Shown here: piece after piece, positions 63,967 to 64,000 of the stretch
Layout: every line of letters begins with the position of its first letter
How positions within the stretch are numbered: the stretch's first letter is position 1
Translations under genes and position numbers: made by a program
The notes under the pieces: generated by a model
What the model saw: the letters and a program-made list of their open reading frames with translations, nothing else
The model's database searches: none
What the model was told of the DNA's origin: nothing
Virus record (IMG/VR): IMGVR_UViG_3300042568_000774
Source: a virus
Lineage: Duplodnaviria; Heunggongvirae; Uroviricota; Caudoviricetes
Reading direction: 5' to 3' (one strand)
DNA length: 64,000 nt

Positions 63967-64000
63967 CGGAGTGTTAGCCTTGTGGATGTTGGTTTTAAGT

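Noticed and set aside
1-64000. Integrase, att sites or tRNA integration hallmarks
   Set aside because: No tyrosine or serine recombinase motifs, or tRNA genes, were recognised in this window. I cannot say from the sequence alone whether the element is integrated.

Overview
This 64 kb window is AT-rich (about 30% GC, judged by eye) and densely packed with mostly small ORFs of no recognisable function. That pattern looks like an accessory region of a large virulent or jumbo phage, not bacterial housekeeping DNA. A type IX secretion system (T9SS) C-terminal sorting domain at 7312..9201 and Bacteroidota-style lipoprotein and secretion signals point to a Flavobacteriia (Bacteroidota) host. Calling this a phage rather than a chromosomal island is an inference.

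The window falls into four parts:

(i) 1-23 kb, mixed strands: an endolysin (peptidoglycan-binding domain plus a GH19-like lysozyme domain), a secreted canonical C-type lectin-domain protein, several signal-peptide, low-complexity and outer-membrane-like proteins, a T9SS-sorted protein, a small secreted HExxH protein, an AsnA/class-II aminoacyl-tRNA-synthetase-like protein, two calcineurin-like phosphoesterases, an FKBP/SlyD peptidyl-prolyl isomerase, an SLT lytic transglycosylase, a thymidylate synthase (ThyA) with insertions and a ClpP-family protease.

(ii) 23-50 kb, continuing at 57-62 kb: a long, almost entirely minus-strand array of about 30 small genes. They share a conserved N-terminal motif: MK(I/V/F)II(T/S)E(S/N)..., with variants MKKxxRLTExDL... 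and MNLxENIxRIxxMM. A core subset also shares a C-terminal WFE..G..VK.V motif. Some members fuse the motif to a ParB/Srx-like nuclease, a P-loop kinase, or acidic domains. Almost every gene has its own upstream TATATTTAT box a few nucleotides before the ATG and its own A-run/C-stem/loop/G-stem/T-run bidirectional terminator. The array is interrupted by an HNH endonuclease, two paralogous NGVKET-repeat proteins and three copies of a GC-rich 50-bp repeat.

(iii) 38.8-41.4 kb: a 2.6 kb island, poorly coding and comparatively GC-rich, with G-tracts, C-tracts, a GGGGGGAATTGTT motif (x3), CCACTTTTTCCCCCC direct repeats and palindromes. Candidate functions are a replication origin, a packaging (pac) site, a genome terminus or a non-coding RNA.

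(iv) 50-57 kb: an envelope-related cluster: LpxH-like phosphoesterase, GT2 glycosyltransferase, a secreted Endonuclease_NS (non-specific DNA/RNA endonuclease family), an SPFH/band-7 protein and an FkbM methyltransferase.

No rRNA, tRNA or CRISPR array is supportable. The most interesting candidate system is the N-terminal-motif gene family. I interpret it as possibly a shared capsid-targeting or propeptide-like handle (T4 internal-protein style; an (I/L/V)-(T/S)-E site sits next to a ClpP-like protease gene) attached to diverse, often acidic, cargo proteins. That would make it a plausible arsenal of packaged or ejected anti-defence proteins. This is inference only.
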